From positions 1 to 64,000 of the forward strand of contig OZ037834.1 of the NCBI GenBank assembly GCA_964035575.1: DNA of 64,000 nt. Direction: 5' to 3'. Both the position numbers and the translations under genes were made by a program. The first letter of the stretch is position 1. Each line of letters starts with the position of its first letter. Below the pieces are notes generated by a model that worked only from the letters and a program-made list of their open reading frames with translations, was not told the origin of the DNA and ran no database searches. The DNA is from Rhynchopus sp. YZ270_cl-10. Its lineage: Eukaryota. This document shows positions 36,151 through 47,864 of the stretch, in pieces.

Positions 36151-36303
36151 TGTGGAGTAGGGAGGGGAGGGGGGAGGGACGTAGATGGAGGAGGAGGAGT
36201 TGGGGGGTAAGGACCAACTCAGCTGCAAGGGTGCAGGTGGTGTTGCGTCAAAAAATGTGTGTTTTGTGTGTTGGAAAGCACTTCTCGGGTAGTCAAAGTA
36301 AAT

Positions 36304-36538
36304 AATGCAGGCACACCTCTGACTGACCCTCTGTACAATGCCAGCCCCCCGGATGAAAGAGGAAGGAAGTACCCTGCGGCCTACAGAAGGTGTAAAAAAG
36401 GAAACCTAATGGGCAGTTGTAGTAGGTAGTTCCTAAAGGCTGGAACATTGCACAGCAAAGAGAAGTGCGGAATCTGGGAATCGAACCCAAGGCTTCCCCC
36501 CCGTGGCGGGGGGGCATTCTGCCACTATATATTTTGGC
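36304..36538 (-). mobile_element. tRNA-Gly(GCC)-derived SINE
   Basis: Minus strand 36538-36466 reads …TAGTGGCAGAATG-CCCCC-CCGCCAC-GGGGG…GGTTCGATTCCC…, with a degenerate acceptor stem. It is followed by a tail shared with 5473-5560 and 47382-47493. Confidence 0.75.
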
Positions 36539-38071
36539 CATTTGCTCTACAGTTGGTGTGTAGTGGGGAGGTGGGAGGGAAATCTACCTTTTTTTGTTTT
36601 GCCCCTTGGCTGTTAAACCAAAAAGTCTGGTTACTGTATTGCTTGGGAAATGGAATTAAAAAGGTGGGAAAAGGGTTTTGTTTTGCCAGGGCACAGTGAA
36701 AGGATGTGTGGGCAACTGCGGTCCTTTTATCAGTATACTTCTGAGGTTTATTGTGGCAATCACTTTATACCAGATGAGATGAATGTAAGCTCTCATGTGT
36801 CAGACATCATTTAAAAAAAAAAAAAAAAAATCAAAATAATCAGAACCAAGGTTAGGTGTTTGCAGTTAGGTAAAAAGGCATTGGAGTTAATCAGGGGGGA
36901 AAGAAAGAAAAGTTCATAAGACGACCATAAGCCTCACTGTGTTTTTGTCATCAGAAATAGAACTTTAAAAAAAGAGAAAGGGTCTTTGTAGGCCACAAGA
37001 AGTGGCGGGAGTTGCACAAAGGTTGTCACAAAAAATCAAATAATTTCACAAAAAAAAAAAACCCCCCCTCCCTCCTCCAGAGCTCGCGCTAAAGTCCATC
37101 CCTCATCCCGGGATTTTTGGGGGTTTTGGTAGGAACGTTTTTTTTTTGCAGTACGGGGATTTCATTAAGAAACCAGAAGTTCTAATATTGTTGAGTAAGA
37201 CCACATAGTGGACTTGCATATACATGTGACCCCGCCGTGGAACGCAATTGGCTCGGAAAGTCAAAAGAAAGAGGAGAAAAAAGAAAAGGAAAAAAAAAAA
37301 AAAGTTGGTTACCGTGCGCCTGCGGCGCTGCCTGTTCCCTTCCAGTTTCTACAGGCAAACACTTGCCCCCTTTACCTTACACTGACGGGTTTTGACCAAA
37401 ACCAAGAACTTGTCCATTTCGGCAAATTGACCCCACCACAGAACGGACGAATTCCGGAAATGCAAATGCCGGTGTTTTCGCGCATTTTCATGTTGCAAGA
37501 CGTCAGGATCAGGGAGAGAAAATCTGGTTGTGGGATTTACATTGGCCCTCTTTACCCTACATGGATTTTGACCAAAACCAAAAAATTGGCCATTTCGGCA
37601 AAGTGACCCCACCACAGCGCGGACGGATTCCGGAAATTCCAATCGCGGTATGTTTTGGGGCTGAAAACCCACTGATTTTCAGGAGAAATATTGCTTCCAA
37701 ATCTCGGAATTTTCCGAATTTTCCTGAAAATGACCCTTGTTTACGAGTATGGGTTCATATTTTGCGAAAATTTAAGTCACTAAAATTTTGTCCATTTTTC
37801 CGTATATACCCCACCACAAGCCGGGATTGGCCCGGAAATGCCACAAAACGGGGTTTCCGGGCCTCCCCAGCTAACCTTTTCAAGGAACGTTTTTCCGTAC
37901 CCGAAATCCATTTTTTCCCCATTTTTTCCCATAATTAGCGCGACCACTGCCCTCCTCGCCTCAGTCGGTGGGCACCTTGTGGATACGCTGTTTTTTTTTG
38001 TTGGAATAGTGTAGTTTGCCACCTGTGTAAGCTCCACTGTCCCTAAAGTCACGTAATCTTTTTTTTTTTGA

Positions 38072-38872
38072 TCAGGTGCGGTACTTCTGATGGGCGTGGT
38101 GCGAGTGGTGTGCGTAGCCTGCTCCCTTGAAGAGTTCGTCAAGCCACTCTCGGTTGTCGTTGCACCAGTCGCGGAAGGGCTGTGTGAGGCCGAACACGTC
38201 CAGCATGTCTTCGTGCCGTATGCCGTCCAGGAGCTGTGTGTGTGTGTTTGATAACGGGTTTAGAGTGGGTAACGCCTGAACGGAGTATGGCCCACTTGTG
38301 TGTGTGTGTGTGGTGGTTTGTGTGTGTGTTTTTTTAATAACAAATCCTGTATCATACAACCGGTTGATTTTTCAGCCTCGCACACTCGCTCGATTTCCCG
38401 AGGCGAGGCTTTTTGATTTGACTTGAAATACAAAGCCCTCTCGTTGACAATGTACCTAAAGGGGGCCAACATCACATCAACTTATCAAAAAAATGTGGTC
38501 AAAAAAAAAGGTCAAATTATTAGCATCACATCCCGAACACATTAGCGTCGGTAACAACAAAACCCAGTGCAGTGTGCATACATAGCGTGCGACCAACATG
38601 ACCACAGCGAAGGAGATGACAAACTGCATGCGCTCCTTCCACCCGTAGCGTGGCAGCTCAGTAGCGCGGTGCTGCTTAGGGTGCGCGCAGGGCTGGCGGG
38701 GGTGGGCAGGCTTCGTGGGCTCGCCTGGTGCGTTCTTTGCTGCCTCGGACGTCTGCTTGGTTTGTTTGGTTTGTTTGGTTTGTTTGGTTTGTCTGGCACC
38801 CTTCTTGGGTGCGTCCTTCACTTCCTTGTTGTCTTTATCATCCTTACTCTTCTTCGCAATCGAATCACCCAT
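38072..38872 (-). CDS. Small 2-exon single-pass membrane protein (~150 aa), function unknown
   Basis: Exon 1 38872-38582 (Lys-rich, QTK repeats, TM FVISFAVVMLVA); intron 38581-38234 (GTATGC…ACACAG); exon 2 38233-38072 joins in frame (…VARY|LLDGIRHEDM…). Confidence 0.7.
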
Positions 38873-40135
38873 AGTGTTGCCCTTTGTCAGGAGACTTCGT
38901 TTCTCCCTCTGAAGTGGTGTAATGTTCTGTGCTGTGCTGTGGGATGGGATGTAGACACCGGATGCTAGGGAGGTGCCTGCACAGGGTGCGGGCGTAGCAG
39001 ATTTCCAAAAAAAAATTACCAAAAACCTCTATGGCAAAAGGGGAGGGGAGCCGCCATGTGGACCAGAAGGATGAGGCAGCGTTGTTGGGGTCTTCTTACG
39101 TCTTACGTCATCTGGGAGACAATTGTTGACATGCACAGTGAGTCGCACGCAAACCGTAAAGAAAAAAAGCAGAGACAGAGCAAAGCTCCTACACAACAGA
39201 CGACAATGCGGGGTATTTGTGGGTGTGCTATTTCTGGAGCATGGGGCATCTGCCCCAGTGTCGGAATCGTCTCTACAGATCGTAGCTACTGGGCAACGGA
39301 GGTCCATTCTCCTTGAGAGATCACATTTGCCACTGATGGGGGATAGTTGATGCAGGCACACCCCCTACCTCCAACCTGACATACGTACGACAAGCGCAAA
39401 CCTTAACAGCAGACAAGTGTAAAGAGAGAGTACCCTGTGTGATAAGATACAACACCACCTGACTGACCCGGGGGCGCTAAGGGACCCGGCACTATGAGAG
39501 GTGAAGATGGTTCAGGTTGTGCACAGCAAAAAAAAAAAAAAACACACAAAAAAAACAAAAGTAGGGGAGGAGTATCTGGGTATTTCTTTCGGTGTTGTTG
39601 CTTTATTTGTTTTTTTGTTTTTGTTTTTTGAAAAAGACAGATTCTTTTTTGCTTTGTTGGGATAGGTACAGTTGCCTCTTTTATTGGATCATGGCATAAT
39701 AGGTTTTGTGTATGTTGGTGTACACGGTCACCTATGGAAAAGAGAAGGAAAATTTGAAAAAGATGAATGTGCCTCTCGTGCACGTTCACAACAAAAAATT
39801 ATGTGAAAAAAAAAAAAAAAAAAAAAAAAAAACACAGACACAGACACAGACCTGCATCTCTCTCTCCTCTCTGTGCAGGTTCCGTTAATCTAAAATAATG
39901 GCAACAAGACAAGAAAACTTGTAAAAGATGAATGTGCTGCTCGTGCACACACATACACGCATTGGGGCCATATTCTGCGCAAGAATCCTCCCCCTTTTAG
40001 TTATCAAACACACACATCTATTTAAAAAAAATAGGAGAGAAAAGAAGTCACCTTAAAACACATACACACAATGGTGCAACTGAAGGGAGAGGAAAAAAAC
40101 ACACACACAACGAATGGAATGTGCACGAACCAGAT

Positions 40136-40200
40136 CACATCAACACATCAACACATCAACACATCAACACTAAAACACATCAACACTAGAACACTAGAAC
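40136..40200. repeat. Octamer minisatellite (CACATCAA)n grading into CACTAGAA
   Basis: About eight 8-bp units. Confidence 0.85.
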
Positions 40201-41228
40201 ACCACTCGTTTTCCCCGAGCCTCGTTGCACACTTGACGGAGCCCTCTGCAACACATGTCAACAAGGACCCCTATTGACCATGTACGTGCCGGATATCCAC
40301 CATATCCGGCACCGGAGTGAACTGACCTACCTACCCAGCACACCCAAAGATCGCAGTTTCAACAACCCATAATACAGGAAGAAGTTAGGCAGTTCTGCTT
40401 GCACGTTTCTCTGGGCCACTTTTTTTCGGGTCAAGTTCACTTCGTGTTTTTTTGCATCACCCGTTTGACCCCCCCCATAACCCCTATACTGAACAGAATC
40501 TAGGACCGAAGGAGAGCAAGGCCAAGAGACGTGTAGAACGCCTCGATTTAAAGAAAAGAAAAATTTGATAAGATGGCTAAGATGACACTAAGCCACTTCT
40601 TGTGCTTAGTCACCCAAAAGGGGAGAGGGGGGCTTGCCAGAACAGCCACGCTTGGTGGATGTCTAAGAAACGAAGATTGGGAATAGGTGTGTGTGGGCGT
40701 GGGTACACACATAACGACAGGGACACGGCGGTACACAAAAAGAGAGGTGGGCAATTTGGGCCCCACCCCCCGCACGCCACACAAAAGAAAAGGGTGGAGT
40801 GAATGGAAGAAACGGTCGCTTGTTTTTAAATTTCATGTACTTTCCGCAGGAAATATTACCCAAAAAAAAAGCATTTTATTGATTTTAAAACACACAAAAA
40901 AAAAAATGCCAACTATAGGCAGCACTCTGAAACGGAGGAAACGATTGTAAGGTAAGAAGCCAGGGTCAGAAAAAGAGGGGAAAAAAAAACTGTGGTGCTA
41001 TATTGACAGGTCGCTGACAGGTCGTTGACCGATTTCCGAAAGCACCAAAAAACTGGTAAAGCTGAACTTGGAGTTCTCTGTGCTTTGGTAATCTCTAGAA
41101 GAAGGAGGCTTGAATGAGTGTGCAAAAGGTCTACAGATGCTGTGAAGATGCACACATCTCTGTATACACATCGAAGGGTGCACTGTTAAGAGAGCGGCTG
41201 TTCCTACACAATCACTCATCCAGATGAG

Positions 41229-41404
41229 TGCTGCACGGGGGGGGCGGGGGTTTCACCACTTTTCATACCCACATAGTTTGTGAAAAGTTGTGAGGATTTG
41301 AAACCCCCTATTTCACAAAATTTCAATCCTACTCACAACTTTTCACAAACTATGTGGGTGTGAAAAGTTGGTAACAGTTGTGAAACTCCGCCCTCCGTAT
41401 AGCA
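41229..41404. mobile_element. Palindromic MITE-like element
   Basis: TTTTCATACCCACATAGTTTGTGAAAAGTTGTGAG is inverted at 41332-41367; degenerate TGCT(G/A)(C/T)ACGG termini; TSD not resolved. Confidence 0.6.
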
Positions 41405-42505
41405 CCACCAGCTTGTATCTTCCAATTTAAAAAAAAATGGAAAGTTTATAAGATGAACCTAAGCCTCTCTGTGCTTAGTCACTAAAAAACGCATTGAAGT
41501 TGAAAGTGGTTTATTGAGAAGAATCATCTCCAAAAAAAAAAAGTTTAAAAAAATAGGGAAAACACATAACAGAACAGTTTTGGTAAGACGAACCCTAAGC
41601 CTCTCGTGCTTAGTTTAAAAAAAAGGAAGAAAAAAATTAGCATGAAATAAGAAACACAAAAGGGAGTAAAAGTGTTGACAACGCGAACAAGGCCCCCTCA
41701 GAGGGCCTTTTGTGGTGCGAAAACACATTCCTCCTTTTTTTTTTATAAGGTTAGACTCTTGACACACCCTATTACGCCAACCAGAGACAGAAGTTCTGTT
41801 TTTGTTTTGTTCATATAATTCCACCCGCCCTCCTTTCCCCCTCATCCCCAAACTAATATCCTAACTTTTTGTTGTCGACAATCGCCTAAAAACCCACTTA
41901 GGGCTAATAGGGTATGTACATCAATGTTGGCCGAAGCCTTCTGTGCTACAGAAGGTATAAACGTCGTCCTGTACCCTTGAGAGCAGCTTTTATGAAAAAG
42001 TTCTTCCCCCGGGGGGGGTAGTCTTACGTGAAGTGCTGGACACACCCTCGTGTTAGAAAGGTTGTTTGCATGGTGCGGCGCATCAGACGATTTAAACCCC
42101 TTTTGGGCCATTCTTGGGCCATCCAAAACCGCAAAAAATGCGCCACACCATTGCGGGTTACTTTTGTTTGTTCCTTTTTTATTCAGAGTCTAAGTTCTTG
42201 TTTTCGTTCTATCTTGTAAAGCGATGAGATAAGGGGTGGTTGCCCTGTTCACCCCATAACTGTACCCACACAGTGACCACGTACCCCCATGGTAACATGC
42301 TAACATGGGAACATGCTTTATTCGTGGTTGACATTTCATAAAAAAAAAACAATGGTAATTGAAGTGCAAACGTCGCAGATATTTTCTTTTTTTTTTTTTT
42401 TTTTTCGATCATTTTTTTTTTCGTCGACAAATCAATCACCTGCTCGCACAGGATCTGTACTCAATGTTTTTTTTTTTTTTTTCCTTTTTTCCTTCATGAA
42501 ATCGC

Positions 42506-45500
42506 TCAGAAGGGACGAAGCTTTGCTAAGCCTTCAAACAACGACCTGAGGCGTGTGTACTCTTTACCTAGGCTGGGCAGGTCTGCTGTCGTCGCTGTGG
42601 ATGTGTGTGCTATGGACTCACCTTCCGGCGCGTTGTCTGCAAGCAGCTTGACGAGCTTCTCCTTAAGCTCCGCTGAAGAAGGGTCCTCTGCGGGCACAGG
42701 CGAGGCCACACCACTGACGCCACCTAGACGCTGGGTCTTGTCCAGCTCCCAACGCTCGCTCTCTTCAATAGAGACTGTGTAGGGAAAACGGTGATGTGTT
42801 TTGTGGACACAAAAAGGAAGAGGGGTATTGCAACGTTTCAATAAATTGAAGGGGAAAAAAAGAGAGAAACAAAAATGTTCCAAAAAAAAACAAATTGTTG
42901 AATTATGGATAGGAAATTTGAAGAAGTTGCTAAAAAACTTGGTTGTATTAGTGTAGCCACCCTAGAGTATACTCTACTATAATATATAGCGTTGAAAAGG
43001 GGCGTTACAAATGATTGAGGGGAAGGGAAGAAAAGCTGGCACACACCTCAAAACGAGGCCTTTTTTTTTTTGTTGTGCTGTATTAGCCGAGAACTATGTA
43101 ACGCTTGGAGTCTCTATATACCGGCTTGGCGGGAGTGGCCTCGTCTGTTTTTGCATTTTTGCATTTTTGTTTGGAAAAAAAAAAGGGAAAAGGAAAAGGA
43201 AAAGTTTATAAGATGACACACACACACGCACAGTTCTAATTCCATATGGGGCCATATTCCCACTCAGGATTCCCCATACCCCACCCCAACCTGGGATTTC
43301 GAAGCCCCTCCCCGAAACAACAACAGACCACACTCACTATAGTTAAAACACACGGTTGTCAGGGTCCAGGTGGATGAGCAACTTTGGTTGGGCCAGCAAC
43401 CACAGAATTATCACATTGACGAGACGCCGTCATAGATAATCGCCCAGTAGTGAGTCTACCTGGATCTCCGTATTGCAGAACTACAGCATTCAACGTTCAA
43501 AGAAAAAGTTTGACAAGACAGAAAGGAACCGAATAAAACAAGTGAGCCACGTTCATGTTCTCTCCTCTTCGCAGTGAGACGACGATGACAGCTAGGCAGT
43601 AGAGGTTGATGAGACAGGAGGAGGAGGAAGAGATTGAATTCGCCATGGCGGTTGGAGCCGAGGTGCCCACCCGCATGTCCCAGACACACCTAGCCGCTCG
43701 AACTCGAGGGAATGCATTCCATCGCATGGATGGATGGATCCTACGCGGATTCCCATTTTGGGAATCAGGAGCCACAAATCGTGGAAAAGAAATTCCAGTT
43801 ATTCAGAGGAGTGACGCACGATGCCTCTGAACTCGTTATGGCTGAGGTCATGGAATGGCGGGCACTCGAGAAGAGGATGACCAAACAGTTCGAGACCCAT
43901 TTGGATCTGACAACGGAGATGGTGGGGGAAATGCGTTTGGGGGCATACCATCGTTGAAGTCGGGTTGCTGTTTGCCTGCAAGACCTGCGTTGATCTCGTC
44001 TAAGGTCTGTTGGGAGATCTTGAGCGAGTCTGCGTCTGCCGTTTCCCAGAAGTGGATCGCACTCTGCAGCGTGCAGAAGTAGTACCCAGCCTCGCAGCCC
44101 ATCTTGTTGTCGTTGCGGTAGTTGTGGATGAAGGTTGTGTTGCTGTGCAGGCATTTCGCCCCCGCCTTTGCCACAAGCAGGATCAGGCAGGGGAGAAAGT
44201 CATCCGCCCCCATCGTCTTGCTGGGGTCAAGGCTGTGGAGCATGCTGAAAATGAGCTTGCAGCAGTTGGTAATGCAGATCAGCTTGTCGCGAGGGTTCTT
44301 GTAGTCGTTCAGTTTGCATAGTTCCTGGGGGTGAAAAAAAAAAGGTGTATTTTGAAAAGTTGGGTTGTATTAGTGTAGACACCCGAGGATGAACTCCACT
44401 TTTGTAGTATTGTTTGAGAAGAATGCAAAATACGGCCCGAAAAAGAAAGAGTGAAGAGGGGGGTCCAAATAATAGTTCTTTGGAGGGGATTGCTCGAAAA
44501 CTAAAAAAGAAGTTATTTTTGGGGGAATTGGGTAGGGGGGGAAATAAGTTCTTTCTTTGGGGGGAATTTGTGCTGGATACCTCAACTGCCTCTCGCCACG
44601 TGGCGTGCTCTAAGGCCTCTGCACGCACGTCAAGGTTCTCGGGTGTGATGAACTTGAAGGATTCAAGTCGCTTCTCGAGTGCCTTGTCCCTGTGGTGTGG
44701 GATGGTTATTGGTAGATTATGTGACACCTTGGTATCATAGCATGAACTCCTTGAGAAAAGATTAGATTCATGTACTTTCAGTTCACAGAATTGAAATGTA
44801 TTTGAGAGGGTCAACACGAAAGAAAAGATGAACGTGTCTTTCGGTGATCATTATACTATGGCTCAAGGGGGTGTGGTGTTTCCGTGTTGTTTTGTTGCTC
44901 AGGGCTTATGTTGGCTGAAAAGCCGTACTGCATCATGGAAGAGGGGGGGGATGAACCCCCCCCTCCACAAGCTATGCACCACTACTCTTATTCAAAGTGA
45001 TCATCATTGCAAAAGGCTGGTATTTTATAGTTTTTCGACAACTATCCGAAGACGGTGTTCTACACAAAGGTTTCCCGGAAGACTAATGAATTTCAAAAGG
45101 TAATGCAGATCATCCTCAACCCAAATACTATTTTGGAGTATTTGGTTTCGCCGGGGGAAATCCATTTTTTTGGAAGAACATTCTGGGCATTGCGTGTCAT
45201 GCGAAAATGCATAGAAAGCGAGAGGCAAGGGAACGGATCAGACAATCTGTGCTCAGGGCTTATGGCTGAAAAGCCGTACTGCATCATGGAAGAGGGGGGG
45301 GATGAACCCCCCCCTCCACAAGCTATGCACCACTACTCTTATTCAAAGTGGTCATCATTGCGTTGGTTGGTGTGTTGTTATGACGTTAGCCTCTCTTCAT
45401 TTAGAAGAACAGAAATAGTAATAAATTTCATACACTTTCTATTTAGAGAAAGCAAAAAAAGGAGAGAAAAAAATGAAATACAAAAGCGTAAAGAGTAAAA

Positions 45501-46992
45501 GAGACACCAGTCAGTATCGCAAGACCCGACCAGCCCACACAGAACAACACGAGCCACCAGGGCTAGTAACAAGCAAAAAAAAATCCCCCCTGAAAACCCC
45601 CTCCACTCGCTTTCCTTCAGTCAGATGAATGGGGGGTCATTGGAGATACAGGGTAAGTATGCCTTGTGTAGTGTATGTTCCGGCTGGGGGGGTCCTCTTC
45701 CCGTTTCGCTTGTGGGGGAGAGGCCAGAGTGGAGCCAATCCCTGAGCTGCTACTCTGGGAAAAAGGAAAGCCGTTTTTGGTCGGATAAAAACACTGTACA
45801 CCTCTGGGAAAAAAGAGAAAAACCCCTTCTCATCAAAAAAATCAAAAAAAAAATTACACTGACCTCTACACTGATCCAATCAGGGGTTAAAGTTGAGAGA
45901 GAAAAAAAAATACTTTCATGCATCATTAACAGCTACCCTCCGCCCTCCTCCCCTCCCTCCCTCTACCCCTTTTACATACATAACCTTATCTTCCGCTGTG
46001 CTGAACGTCCTCGAAAAGATCTTTGTGAGGGTGTACTTCTCCACACCCTCTTGCGCAAAGTCGAGCTCCTGCTCGGAGGCCCCTTTCCATACGGTGCTTA
46101 GCTTGATCTCTTCGTACATGTTTGCGAGGAAGTCCCGCACTGCGCCGGGCAGCGCCTCATCAGATATCTCCGAAGACGCATTCACCTTTGCGACAAAGGA
46201 ACGCAGCTCTGCGTGCAACTCTTTTGCACCCCGCATCTTCTCCGCAAAGTCACGGAATCGAAACTGCTTTGGCCTCTGCACTGCGGTGTGCGGTGGGTCC
46301 ACCACCTTCTCCTTTTCCTTTTCCTTTTCCTTCTCTTTTTTAGGAGATTTCTGCACTCCCCCCGAAGGGGTCGGCGAAGGCGTAGCGGATCCTGCCACAG
46401 GTTTTAAAGGCATCGGGTTTGTTTGTCTCGGTTGCTGCGTGCTTTCACCGAACCAACCAATGCTTTCTACTGAATCTCCGGTCAACCATTTGGCACGCAC
46501 TGCGTCGCTGACGAGGTGGATCGATATAGTGAAGTTATCTGTGGTGTCGATTAGCAGTTCGGTTTGTCGAAGGATTTGGATGGTCTGTGTAGTAGCTTCT
46601 GTATCAGTTAAAGGTGAATCTGCAGCAGCAGGGCCCAACGGGGTAGGGGTAGAGTTCACCAAAACCTCGCCAGGAATGCTGATCGTAATGCTGTCGCAGG
46701 CCTCTGTGTCTCCCCCACCAGCTTCGGTCCCGCTGGCGTTATTGTACCTACCCTTCAACCCATTTAACGTGCTAAATGAACATGCATCTGACGCATCGTC
46801 AAATAGTACTGTATGCGTCTTTAAAAACTCCGGCGTCACCACCCCAATCCCCAACTCCTCAAGACTCACCGACTGTGGTACCAGAACCGTCCACCGTTCC
46901 GTCGCGATATTCCTCAAGGTAGAAACCAACGCAGACCCTTTCAGCGCCTGAACAAACAGATTCTCGTTTTTTTCATAGTCAAGAAAGGCCAT
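42506..46992 (-). CDS. VPS9-domain Rab5-family GEF, 4 exons (~588 aa)
   Basis: Exons 46992-45980, 44689-44581, 44324-43949 and 42774-42506 join in frame through GT-AG introns (donors GTATGT, GTATCC, GTATGC). VPS9 motifs PRDKLICI, GADDFLP, EAGYYF. Confidence 0.92.
44896..45361. repeat. ~113-bp direct repeats (44896-45010, 45250-45361) in VPS9 intron 1
   Basis: Near-identical copies, each with a G-run/C-run hairpin, flanking ~240 bp. Confidence 0.85.
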
Positions 46993-47381
46993 TATAAAGG
47001 ATAGGGAGATAGATATGGGAGTAGGGGGGGAGGCTTTGTGGAGGGTCCCACCCCTTTGGAGTGGTGGGGTGGGAGGGGAGAGGGGGAGGGAGTGAGAGGG
47101 GGAGAGGGTGCTGGGAGTTACCAAGAGAAGACCTAGAGAAAGAGGGTGCGAAAAAAAGGGGGGGTTTGAGAGAAGGGTTGAGAGGCGATCTGAGATAGGG
47201 GGGATCGAAAGATCGTTTGTATGTTGAAAAATTGGCTGGTTCTCTCTGTATTGCTTTGGCTTTTGTTTTTTTTTGCCGAAAAAAGCATTTTAGTTTGAGA
47301 TAGGGGGAGTACCTCAAAAAAGACAAAGAGGGGGGGGAGTGGGGTGTGAAACGGCAAATGAAAAAAAGAAACTGTAGTTAT

Positions 47382-47596
47382 TGATGCAGGCACACCTCCA
47401 ACTGACCCCCCCCCTGTACGATGCCAGCCATCTGGATGAAAGCACAAGTACCCTGCGGCCTATAACAGAAGATGTAAAAAAGGAAACCTAATGAATGACC
47501 TTCCCGTACCGTAAGAGAACGAGGGAGGTACACAACCGCTCGTCAGCCGGCGGCCCATCTGACGCTGTAGAGTTGTGAGCTTACAGGTACTCCCGT
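47382..47596 (-). mobile_element. SINE-like dispersed repeat (second copy)
   Basis: Matches 5473-5648 and the tail of the tRNA-Gly SINE. Confidence 0.7.
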
Positions 47597-47719
47597 GGAA
47601 AATGATAAACAGAGAGGGGTGATACTTTTTTTTTTATCCTCCAGCTCCTTTTCATACTGCATCCCAACCCTCCAAATCCTCTTTTTTGTTCCTCTTTTTT
47701 TTGTCATATTTTGTGTCTT

Positions 47720-47856
47720 CCACCTGATTTTTACCCCGCGTATAGGCGCGTATAGCGCGTAAAGGCGCGTAAAGGCTGGGGAAAATGGGTGAGGTTTGGC
47801 CTATACGGGCCTGTACGGGCCTTTACGCGCCTATACGCGGGGTAAAAATCATGTGG
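47720..47856. mobile_element. MITE, CCACCTGATTTTTACCCC family, 5-bp TSD
   Basis: TIRs present; TSD GTCTT on both sides; 8 bp past the LRR gene stop. Confidence 0.88.
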
Positions 47857-47864
47857 GTCTTGCA

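Noticed and set aside
36466..36538. Functional tRNA-Gly gene
   Set aside because: The acceptor stem does not pair properly and the sequence is fused to a dispersed-repeat tail; treated as a SINE head.
43340..43948. Coding-like plus-strand ORFs inside VPS9 intron 3
   Set aside because: Short, frameshifted and without recognisable motifs.
47500..47556. Hammerhead ribozyme (CTGACGAG plus stem on the minus strand; similar at 10017 and 49683)
   Set aside because: No correctly placed GAAA and stem III.
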